64,000 bases of DNA from Hypanus sabinus. Lineage: Eukaryota. The notes under the pieces were generated by a model. That model was not told the DNA's origin, made no database searches, and worked only from the letters and a program-made list of their open reading frames with translations. Location of the stretch: contig NC_082730.1 of the NCBI RefSeq assembly GCF_030144855.1, positions 15,624,001-15,688,000 on the forward strand. The letters run 5' to 3'. The number at the start of each line of letters is the position of its first letter. The stretch's first letter is position 1. This document shows positions 1 to 10,493 of the stretch, one piece after another. Both the position numbers and the translations under genes were made by a program.

Positions 1-878
1 CCCACCACCAATGTTAGTAGCTTCAGCTGCCCAAATCCCACACGCTAAACAAATCCCACAGATCCATGAACTCCTGCAATTCTGTCCTCTTAACTTTTGT
101 TCATTAGAGATGCAGCAGAGTAACATGTCCTTCCAGTCCACAAGCCACCCAATTACACCCGAGTGATCAATTTACCAGCTATGACAAACCATTTTTTCTG
201 TAAACCATTGAGTCTGTAATTTGCCAAAATAATCCCCAAGTTCATTTTCAACCTCTTCTCTTGCTGAACCCCTGTGAAACATCTAGGACCAGTTTAGTGT
301 GTTGGTATTGTAAATCAGCATGCTGTTGTTGTACATTTAGTAGCGGGTCCTCACTGAGGATCACGGCCATTGAGTCATAAACTGTTATCAAACATAATGG
401 AAAATTAAGCACTACAAGTTAATTGAAAAGATCAGGGTTTACTTAAAGAGTGAAATCTGAGGGTGATTTGGTAGATGTTTGCAAGACTATCCAATTGTTT
501 TATAGGATAGTGAAGTTGTTCACACTTACAGATGAGAATAGAACTCAAGCTATAAGCATAAGATAGGTAATTGTAAAAATCCAGGAACAATCCAGGAGCA
601 GGATTAGATTAGATTAGATTCAACTTTATTGTCATTGTGTCAAGTACAGATACAAAGCCAATGAAATGCAGTTAGCATCTAACTATAAATGCAAAGAATA
701 GTGTTACTTACAAAATAACTGTGAATAAAAAGTAAATAGGTCATTTTGCCCATCAAGACTGCTCTGCCCCTCTACCTTCTCATCCCATGTTCCTGCCTTC
801 TTCCTTCAACCTTTCACACCTTCACATTTCACACTCATCATGAGTACAATAGATCTTGGAATTTATTTTTTATTTCAG

Positions 879-1154
879 GAAATGGCCACATTGCAAGAAA
901 ATGTCATTTATGCAGATCTACACTATGGTCAAAACAACGAGGCTGCTGCCCAGTCGGCTAACAATGAAAATGAAATTGTGTATGCAAACATGAAACATAA
1001 AAAGAAATCGAGAGCTGTACACTCTGTTACTGCTGAGGAGACCATCACCTATGCAGATATCAACTTTCAAAGTCAACCTGCAAAGCCCAAACGGAAAGCA
1101 TTCTCTCCTGGTACTTCACAGGACTCTACACAGGCAACTTATGTTACTTTTTAG
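879..1154 (+). CDS. Terminal cytoplasmic exon of an upstream inhibitory Ig-superfamily receptor (gene A) with ITIM-like motifs
   Basis: Acceptor ttttatttcag| at 878, phase 0. Reads EMATLQENVIYADLH...EIVYANM...ETITYADI...QATYVTF* with TAG at 1152-1154. VIYADL matches the ITIM consensus (I/V/L/S)xYxx(L/V); IVYANM and ITYADI are ITIM-like. Upstream exons lie outside the window. Confidence 0.85.
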   Translation, partial: EMATLQENVIYADLHYGQNNEAAAQSANNENEIVYANMKHKKKSRAVHSVTAEETITYADINFQSQPAKPKRKAFSPGTSQDSTQATYVTF

Positions 1155-1217
1155 GGGAATTGCTTACTGCAGTCTGCATAGTTTATTTCCCCATCCTTGT
1201 CTTGCTGTTGCAATGCA

Positions 1218-1480
1218 TATTAGGTACCTCCTGTACCTAATAAAGTGGTCAGTGAATGTATGTTTGTGGGCTCCTACTACTGTAGCCCATTCTCTTCAAG
1301 GTTCAGCATGTTGTGCATTGAATGGTGCTTTTCTGCACACCACTGTTGTAACGCATGTTTTTTAGAGTTACTGTCACCTTCCTGTCAGCTTAAACCAGTT
1401 TGGCCATTCTCCTCTAATGGATTTCTGTTTATTTTCTGATCCTTTGGGTGTTTCTGGGAGTCAAGAATGACAAGCAATCT
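1218..1480 (-). mobile_element. Tc1/mariner-derived element fragment
   Basis: Begins tattaggtacctcctgtacctaataaagtggtcagtgaatg and is homologous to the copies at ~7745, ~24850, ~31375 and ~36960. Confidence 0.65.
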
Positions 1481-1545
1481 TTATTCTAAAGATCATTAAT
1501 TTTAAAGTACAAACAAACATACAAATACTCAGCAAACTAAATAAA
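1239..1545 (+). promoter_or_regulatory. Candidate polyadenylation signals for gene A
   Basis: AATAAA at 1239-1244 (inside a Tc1 fragment) and at 1540-1545, downstream of the stop codon. Usage is unverified. Confidence 0.3.
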
Positions 1546-1734
1546 GAGCTGAGAAACAATGCAAAGAAGTAAATGAATGCAAAGACAAAAGGATTGTGCC
1601 TCTCAAAAATCCATCACTTTTATCACTAAGATAAGGAAAATTCCTGAAATAGAAATAAACCAGTTAATATACTACATAATTAAAGCAATTCAATCACATT
1701 GGTAATGTGCTAATATATAGCCAATGAAAAGTGA

Positions 1735-4345
1735 GGAAGATGGAGACTCCGTCTACTATCTAATGGAGTGACACGCAGTTCATACGGCTGCAATTAATTC
1801 TTCCTTTTCCCCAGTCTAAACTTCGAATTTTTAACTTTTATTAGTCGGATCTTAGAGGGGAATAGTTGTTATTATGTCACAATCTTTAAGAAGTGTAAAT
1901 CAGCTTCCTGAATCCAGCAATGGACAGGGGAAACAATCAGAGTATATCCCGGCTTGGGCTGAGCGCTTAGAACGTTCATTGATGGTTCTCGACAGGAAAA
2001 TAGACAACAACGCGGTAAAATTTGATGCTACCTCTTCTGAGATGAAGTTGTTATGAGAGAGTTTTCAATCTTTGAGGGAAAATATTATCTCCCTGAATTC
2101 TAAACTTAAAGAGACAAAGTGTCAAATAGTGGATATTTCAGACCGCTTGGAAAAGTCTCAACATAAGATTATCGATTTGGAAGGAAGATCTCGTCGGAAT
2201 AATATTCAAATTGTTGGACTGAAGGAAGGATCTGAGAGTGGGGATTTATTGGACTATTTTGCTGACTTGTTTCAATCTCTGTTTCCGAATATTTTACCTC
2301 AACCTCCTGATATCGAAAGAGCGCATAGAATTTTCGCTTCAAAATCTCGGGATCCAAATAAACCAAGGTAAGTTTTGGTCTGATCCTTCATTTCAAAGTT
2401 AAAGACCAAATCATAAAATATGCAAGGGAACAGAGATTTTAAATTTAAGGGTTCTGAGATTCGTTTTTATGAAGATTATCCATGGGAAGTTATGGACCTG
2501 TGGTCTAAATTCGTTCCAATCATGAAAATAGTCTATGTTAAAATATTATTCCCATCACTTCAAAATCCAGCCTGATTAAAATTATTTCCCAAAGATTTGA
2601 CTCCATGTGTTTTTCTGAACCCCAAAGAAGCATTGGACTATGTTAATTCTATTTCAGTTGTAGCCGAGGTTTGAATGGTTTTAGGTCTGCTGAATAATTG
2701 TTATTTCAGAAAGAAGATAAGTTTTGAAGATTTCTGATTTGCTTAAGATGTCCTTTGATCGATTGACCATTTAAAGAAGATGTGAACTTTTTGATGTGAA
2801 TGACGAATGACTTTTCCAAAATCTGTTTGGTCTACTGAGCGAATTAACACAACGGACCGTTTGTTTGATTATTTGTTTTTTCCTCCTTTTTTTATTAATT
2901 AAGTGATCGTTTTCATGGTTCATAAGGACTTTTCTTTATATATATAGTTGTGAGTGCTTAGTAGATAGACACTTAGTTTTTTCTAAAAACAATTTTTTAT
3001 TGGGCGTGTAAGTTAAATGGAAAACGGTGCTGATTTTTCTTCATTAGAGATTACATAGGCATTTTTCTCTTTGATTAATTTTATTGTTTTGGCATTTTTG
3101 GAAATTGTTTCTGCATTCACCAGCTGGTTTTTAAGGATTAAGTTAAAAAAAACTTTCTCTGAACTTTTATGCTGGATGTGGGGAGCCAGATGTTGTAGAG
3201 CAATACTGCACAGTATAGGCCCTTTGGCCCATGATGTTCTGCTCACCTTTCAACCTACTCCATGATCAATCTATTGCTTCTGACCTGTAGAGAATTCCAT
3301 TCGTCTTTCATTAAGAGTCTATCTAGGAGTCTCTCAAATGTCCTTACTGTGTCTGCCTCTGTGACTACCCACGGTAGATCTTTCAGCTGGGAATCCATTC
3401 CATGTTTTAATAATTACTCAGCCTCACCAGTGTCCATTGTTCCAGAACAATAATACTCTATAAAGCAATGGAAGGCATCAAAGTAAATTGATATTTAAAT
3501 TGCATATATATCAGTTAGAAGCAAGGCCTGTAAGTGGGCAGAAGAACCAGTTAACTTATCTTGATATGGTGGTGTGTTGCTCTGTAGTGTTTGGCTTTTT
3601 ATATTTAGCAAAACATTTTTTCCTCTGCAGGGCTTTTTTTATTTTAGGGTTGTATGGTTTTTTTGTAACTGGGGGGAAGAATTAAGGAATGCTTTTAAAA
3701 TCACTATTATAAAATGGGCAGCTCATGGAGTCTCTCTCTTTTTTACTCTATGGGATGCATTTGGCTTTTCTTTGCCGAATTTCAGGCTTTTTGGGGTGGT
3801 GGGAGGATTGGGGTTAGTTCTGAGTTGTAGTATTAACTTTAGGATTAATTTTAGTTTTCTTTTTTGTATTTTTTCCCATTATGGAGTTCCAGAGCATGCA
3901 TGTTTTGTAAATGGTTATACTTATCACCACCACTTTTGATCAGCCCGCACTGGTATGCGTGTATTTGTGTTAAATAAAATAAAATTTTATTATGGTGACT
4001 AAACAGATAAATGTTATGTTGGAATGTATGTGGTTGGAAGCATCCTATTAAGTGAAATAAGAATTTTAAAATCATTAATCGATTCGAACCCGATATAATT
4101 TTTGCTCAAGAAACGCATATCAAAACGGGTGATCGAAATAGATTTTTTTAAATGGGGAGGGGCTTTCAATTTAACGCTACTTGTCAAAATAAAACAAAGG
4201 GAATATCTATTTTTATTAAATCTAATATTTTATTCATCCAAGAAGACATTGTGTCAGATATTAATGGTAGATTTTTAATTGTTAAAGGAACAATTTGTAA
4301 TAGAAAAATTTATATGGACCTAATGTAGATGATCCTTCTATTTTA
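1735..4345 (+). mobile_element. Degenerate, rearranged L1-clade LINE (5' UTR, ORF1, start of ORF2 endonuclease)
   Basis: ORF1 pieces include LEGRSRRNNIQIVGLKEG...PDIERAHR (2072-2371), an L1 ORF1 motif. Endonuclease start WNVCG...IIFAQETH lies at ~4015-4105. An ORF2 linker-like piece is on the minus strand at ~3013-3246. Confidence 0.8.
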
Positions 4346-4459
4346 AACAGATAAAATTGACTTTTCAATTTAAGCAAATTTCTTTCAATAGGATAAGTGG
4401 GTTGTGTTGATTTTTGTATTGTCACGTATCAAACTCTAATTCTCTGTGAATAAAACAAC

Positions 4460-4493
4460 ATGGATCACAATTCTTCTAATTGTTTCCTACCTG
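4460..4493 (+). pseudogene. Damaged leader exon of gene B
   Basis: Homologous to the gene C leader at 20609 (tctctgtga.taaaa ... attctt ct.attgtttcc.tacc.g|gtgagt). The ancestral ATG position reads ACA and one C is missing. The only in-frame ATG (4460) gives the non-hydrophobic MDHNSSNCFLP. The GTGAGT donor is intact. Confidence 0.75.
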
Positions 4494-4510
4494 GTGAGTG
4501 ACAACCAACA

Positions 4511-5131
4511 ATCCTGACATAGATTTGGAGACCGTTTAGCTGAGCACCTACAGTCTATCCACCAGAAGAAGGGGGATCTCCCAGTGGCCACCCATCTTAA
4601 TTCCACTTGCCATTCCCATTCCAATATGTCTATCCATGGCCTCCTTCACTGTTGCAATCTGGCCACACTTAGGCTGGGTAGCCTCCAACCTGATGACATG
4701 AACATTGATTTTTCGAACCTCCAATAATGCCCTTTGCCCCCATGCCCCATTTCCCTCTCTCACCTTATCTCCTTGTCGGCCCATCACCTCCCTTTGGCGC
4801 TCTTCCTTTCTTTTTCTTTCTTCCATGGCCTTCCGTCCTCTCCCATAAGATTCCCCTTCTTCAGCCCTGTATACCTCTCACCAATCAACTTCCCAGCTCT
4901 TTACTTTACCCCTCCCCGCTCCCGATTCCACCTTTCACCTTGTGTTTCTCCGTCACCTTTCCCCACACATTTACTCTGACCCCTCATCTCTTATCTCCAG
5001 TCCTACTGAAGGGTCTCGGCCCGAAATGTCAACTGTATTCTTTTCCATCCATGCTGTCTGGACTGCAGAGTTCCTCCAATATTTTATGTGTGTTGCTTGG
5101 ATTTCCAGCATCTGTAGATTGTCTCTTGTTT
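4511..5131 (+). mobile_element. Penelope-like element 3' fragment (GIY-YIG endonuclease C-terminus)
   Basis: Encodes a degenerate GDRLAEHLQS...DLPVATHLNST...SIHGLL...LGSLQPDDMNIDFSN-type sequence. Flanked by a 13-bp direct repeat GTGACAACCAACA at 4498-4510 and 5132-5144. Confidence 0.8.
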
Positions 5132-7280
5132 GTGACAACCAACATTGACATTTTCATAATTGGTGTTTGTGTGTGGTCTGTGCACAATTTCTGGAACAGT
5201 GTTGAATACATACGGACACTAAAGATGCAGGAATCTGAATTTTAGAGAAAACACTGGAAGGAACTCAGCAGGACACGCCGTATCTGTTAGTGGGAAGGAT
5301 TGTCCATGGCTTAGGTCTGTTATGGAGAGCACTCTGTAAACTTACACTTGCACATTCACACACACCCAAACATTGCTGTTGTTGGGCTGAGTGTACGGAC
5401 TTCAGTGTCTTCTCCAGTGTATTCTCATAATGGGTCCTAAACTGGGCTGATACACTTGGTTTGGTTTATGGCGCCTTCCCACCATGCACAGAGAATTTTT
5501 TTATTTCTTTAGTAATGGGGATGTGTAAATGTGTATAGGTTGTTTGTATGTAGTATTTAAGGTAGATCCTTCAATTTATTTCATAATATGATTGTAACAC
5601 TCTCTTTCTTCGGCTGTCCGTCGATTTTCGATGATGACTGAGGCCTCGGCAAGGTTGTATGGAAGACCTGCAGTTGCCCATTCTGCAAGTCTCCCCTCTC
5701 CACACCACTGATGTTGTCCCAGGGAAGCGCATTAATTCATGTGTAGTCTGAAGTTACCTTTGTGGGTAATTAAAGATGATATGTCCTTGTGCCTAATAAC
5801 CGGGGCTCATCACTCTTGGATAGGAGAGAGATTGGGGCTGCCTGAAGTTCAAATTGGGAAAAGTAAGGAGTTATTATTGTGCTGTCTGCTAGATGTCTTT
5901 TTACTTTCATTTTCACTATTTTTGCTAAGGTTTTGACACACTTGATAAACAGTCTTGCAGTAAAGTGTGAAGCTACTCCAGTCATTTTCCCTTTGGTCAT
6001 AACCTCTGGCCATTTCCTTTGGTCTAACATGGTCGAGACCCTGCATCAAGTCTGAGTGCAGAAGAAAGCTGGAAATGTAAATAGGAGAGTGGACATTGTG
6101 AAACAGCACCAGTTACTGGGACCAGATGGATAACACCCCAGGGTTCTGAATGAGGTAGCTGAAGAAATTGTGGAGGCTTTTGGAGTGATCCCTAACTCTA
6201 TTATTGTGCAGTGCTGATTATTACATTTTCAAACAGCTCCTGGAGAGATGGAGACAGAGAGATCGAGAAAGGGGAGGGAGGTTTTGGAAAAAGATCAAGT
6301 GAACTTGATGGCAATTGGAAGTTGGTTCTGCTTCCTGCCCCCATTGCCAGATCTCTGATTTATTATCCCCATTCTCCCTGTAACCTACAACACTCTTACT
6401 AATCAAGAACCTATCAATACTCGCTTTAAATATTTTCAATGACTTGGTCTCCACAGCCATCTGGCAGCAGTGAATTCTACAGACTCTCCACTATCTGGCT
6501 GAAAAAATCCATCCTCATCTCTGTATTCTGAGGCTGTACCCTCTGGTCTGATACTCCCCCACTATAGGAAAAATCCTCTCCACATACACTCCGTTCAGGT
6601 TCTAGGTCTTCCAGTATTCAAGAGGATTCAATGAGAAATACCAGCTTCCCAATGTTCTTCTAAAACTCCAGTGAGTACAGGCCCAGAGCCATCAAATGCC
6701 CCAAACATTCACCCATTCATTCCTGGGGTCATTCTCATGAACCTCCTCTGGGCCCTCTCCAAATACAGCACATCCTTTCAGCAATAGGAGCTCCAAAACT
6801 GGTCACCATGTTCCAAATGTGATCTGACCAATAGCTTATAAAGCCTCAGTTGGATAGTTTCTCAACAACCAAATGGAAAACATTTTACAATCCTATTTAC
6901 AAATATGCACGGCATAGTTCTTGATACTCAGCCTTGAAAGCCACTTTGGACTGCCGTAGGGACTCCAGCTCTGGATTTTGCCTCTGTCACCTCTCCTGTC
7001 AGTAGAAAGTTCCACTGGGCTTAATCGCAAAGCCATATGTGAAGGCCAGGAGTTGTACTGGGTTGTCAGTCTATTTGAGACACACACCACTGAGACACAC
7101 AGCACTTAATCAGTGATATGATCTAATCTCCACAGCCCCCCTCTCCTAGCTATAACAACCTTAAGGAACCAAAGGAGACATGACTTGTTCACATTACAGG
7201 TGTGACCCATACAGGGTCTTCAATTGTGTCAGAATGAAAACTCACATTTGTTTCTGCAATTTCAATGATTCCTCCCTCAG

Positions 7281-7601
7281 TTTCAGGTGCACTGTGGGCG
7301 AAGAGAAATGTAACAGGACTCGTAGGAAGAGCGATCACAATCGATTGTCACTATGAAGCAAAGTACCTTTCACGTGCAAAGTATTGGTGCCGTGGATGGA
7401 CTGACCAATGTACAGTTTTAGTGGAAACAAATGATCAACATGGACAGAGTGGACGAGTGTCAATCACAGATTACCCGGAACGGGGAATATTTACTGTTAC
7501 TATGGAGGATCTTCACTCTGGAGATACAGGATGGTACAGCTGTGGAATTACAACACTGGGTTATGATCCAATATTTAACATACATTTCCAAGTATCTGAT
7601 G
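7281..7601 (+). CDS. Gene B exon: N-terminal CD300/pIgR-like Ig V domain (V1a), open frame
   Basis: ccctcag| acceptor and |gtaggt donor, 321 nt, phase 1-1. Contains ITIDCHY, KYWCRGWTDQC (the extra C-C' cysteine pair of CD300/pIgR/TREM V domains) and [18 protein letters not shown]. Confidence 0.9.
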
Positions 7602-7744
7602 GTAGGTTTCTCAGGGATTAACATTATGCCTTCCATAAAGCAAAATATCCCTCTAAACGGCAGGTCACTAGACCCAATCACCATTTCTTTATCTCCTGAA
7701 AGCCACCAAACATGTGACAGATATCTCACAAGTTGCTGCCTTTC

Positions 7745-8290
7745 AACCATAGGGGCCACATTATTAGACACCTCCTGGACATAATAAAGTGGCCACTGAG
7801 TGTACGCTCGTGGTTTTCTGTTTTTGTGGACCATCCATTTCAAGATGCTCTTCCACACAGCACTGCCGTAACACATGGTTATTTGATTTCTCGTCACCTT
7901 TCTGTCAGTTTGAAGCAGTCAGGCCATTCGCCTCTCACCTCTCTCATTAACAATGCTTTTTGTTCACAGAATTGCTGCTCACTGGGCATTTTTTATGCTG
8001 TTCGCACCATTTTCTGTAAATTCTGGAGACTGTTGTGTGTGAAAATCCCAGGATATCAGTATTTCTGAGATACTGACACTACCCCGTGTGGCCCCTAAAA
8101 TTCTTTCATGGTCAAAGTCACTTAGATCACATTTCTTCCTCTTTCTGATGTTTGGCCTAAACAACAACTGAACCTCTTGACTATGTCTACATGCTTTTAC
8201 GGGTTATGTTGCTGCTACATGATTGACTAATTAGTTATTTGTTTTAACGAGCAGGTGAACAGGTGTATGTAATAAAGTGCAGAAGAGTGT
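7745..8290 (-). mobile_element. Tc1-like non-autonomous element in the V-C2 intron
   Basis: The minus strand encodes RKKCDLSDFDHERILGATRGSVSISE, a Tc1 transposase N-terminal HTH region. Terminal motifs taataaagtggccactgagtg are present. Confidence 0.8.
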
Positions 8291-8341
8291 TTGATTTTCA
8301 GATGTTCATTCAGTGTCTGAATGTTTAATTCTTTCCCACAG

Positions 8342-8655
8342 AACCCGTGTCTGTCCCTGTGCTTCGATATCTGTCACCAGCAAATGTCTCATGTCTCGGG
8401 GGCTCAGTGCCAGTTTCCTGTGAGTCCTTCCAGGGATCCCTTCCCATTCAGTACAGCTGGTATGAACAAACCTCATCTGGGAATCAAAGCATTTCAGATA
8501 CAAATGAACTGGCACTACATTGTCAATCCTTCACCCGCCAGCACCATCAATATTGGCCTTGAATCAGCTTGGAGCAAGATCCAGTGGAATAGTTGAAGTG
8601 ACAGTCTTCAACAACGGAGAGATCTGCAGTTATGTGACAGAAATCAATGGCATCA
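8342..8655 (+). pseudogene. Gene B exon: Ig C2 domain, frameshifted (C2a)
   Basis: 314 nt versus 321 nt in its paralogues. A 7-nt deletion (ACTGCAA) removes the YYC cysteine: CAATATT-------GGCCTTGAATC versus CAATATTACTGCAAAGCTTCGAATC at ~26790. Premature TGA at 8560-8562. Confidence 0.9.
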
Positions 8656-10172
8656 GTAAGTTCTAATTTCAAGGGAGCACACATTTAAATATTTATTTTT
8701 GTTTCTCTGTTACTGCTGCTCTTATACTTCTAGTGAGGGTAAGGAATATCTTTGATTTGTAGGAGCTACACATTGCAGCCTCCATGGGGTAGAAATAAAG
8801 TTCAGTGATCAGTTCAGTCTCACTTCCTCCAGGAAGATGTGGAAGCATCTCAAACATGAGGACTTTCCCCTTGGACAAATTCAGAGCATTCCACTCATCC
8901 TTCAGGCTTCTGCTTTGAAAAAGGCTGGAGTGTGTGTTGAGTCATGTGACAGTGAAACTGTCATAAAAAGAAAAGGAAGGGCATAAAATATCTCAAATAT
9001 TGGTGGGAATGACAGAAATTCGCAATGTCAGGGGGCAGGGGTAAGTGTGGTTGTTATTACTAAGGAGAAGGTGCCTGGGAAGCTGAGGGATCTGAAGGTG
9101 GATAACTAACCTGGACCAGATGGACTACACCCCAAGGTTCTGAAAGAGGTAGCTAACGAAATTGTCCAGGCATTAGTGGTGATCTTTCAAGATTAGCTAG
9201 ACTCTGGAACGTTCCAGAGGACTGAAAAATTCAAAATGTCACTCAACTCTTTAAGAAAGGAAATTATAGAAGAGTTAGCATGATTTCAGTGGTTGAGAAA
9301 ATGTTGGAGTCCATTATTAAGAACAAAATTTGGGATACATGGAGGCATATAATAAAATGTGGTTTCCATATGGGGAAATCTTGCCTGAAAAACCAGCCTC
9401 TGTGTGCAAGGGCGTTATTTATTTATTGATAGATAGTAGCGTAGGCTCTTCAGGCCATCAAGCCACACCAGCCCAGCAACCCTCGACAAACCCGATTAGC
9501 CATATCCTAATCAGAGGACAATCTACAAAGACCAATTAAACCACCCTGTATGTTGTTGGACTACGAGAGGAAATGAGGCCTCCCAGGCAACCTCAACACA
9601 TTCCACATGTAGAATATTCAGACACCATACATTTGAAGGGAGGTGAGGAGGAATTTATTTAGCCAGAGGGTATTGAATCTATGTAATTAATTACCATAGA
9701 TGGCTTTAAAGGTGAATTCATTGGGTATATTTAAAATGGAGCTCAAAAGTTGCTTCTTTAGTAAATGCATCAAAGATTCTGGGCAGAAATCAGGAGATTG
9801 GGATTGAGTGGTATAATAACACACGGAGACATTAGTGCGCAGTGACAATGATGACCCCAATCAAATAAAAATCACTACTAGTGAAAAGCTGTGAGCACGA
9901 GATGAGGGATGATGCTGCTGTATTCTCAGTCTATGTAGAATTTAATTATTCCAGTTGACAGTGTAGCAGATTCCTTAGAACACAGCAACAGCTTTAAATA
10001 AAACAACTTTTTTATCATTATTCCATTCTTGATGGTTTGTCTTTTTTCTGTGCTGCATCAAATCCAGAGTAACTATGAATTTTTTCTCCCTTATATTTGT
10101 GTAGTGGAAATGACATTAAACAATCTTGAATCTGCTTGATGAAATTTGGCTTTACCTGTCCATTTTCTCCAG

Positions 10173-10493
10173 TTTCAGGTGCTTTATGGGCAGAAGATAA
10201 AGAAAGAGGAGTTGTGGGAAAAGCGATCACAATCGATTGTCACTATGCACCAGTGTACTGTTCCGACTCAAAATATTTGTGCCGCATGTGGGGTCGCCAA
10301 TGCATATTGTCAGTGAATACAAATGGGACAATTGCGCAGTATGGAAGAATGACAATCAGAGATAATACATCCCAGGGAATATTTACTGTTACTGTGGAGA
10401 ATCTTGTCTCTAATGATACAGGATATTACAGATGTGGAATTACAACATCTGGGAATAATCCAGTCTTTGATGTGTATCTAATAGTGTCTGATG
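10173..10493 (+). CDS. Gene B exon: internal-type Ig V domain (V2a), open frame but downstream of a frameshift
   Basis: ttctccag| acceptor and |gtaggt donor, 321 nt. Contains IDCHY, KYLCRMWGRQC and DTGYYRC. No further C2, stalk or TM exon was recognised before gene C. Confidence 0.85.

Noticed and set aside
4727-5245. 172-aa Pro/Leu/Phe-rich ORF
   Set aside because: Translation of the pyrimidine-rich Penelope tail; not a gene.
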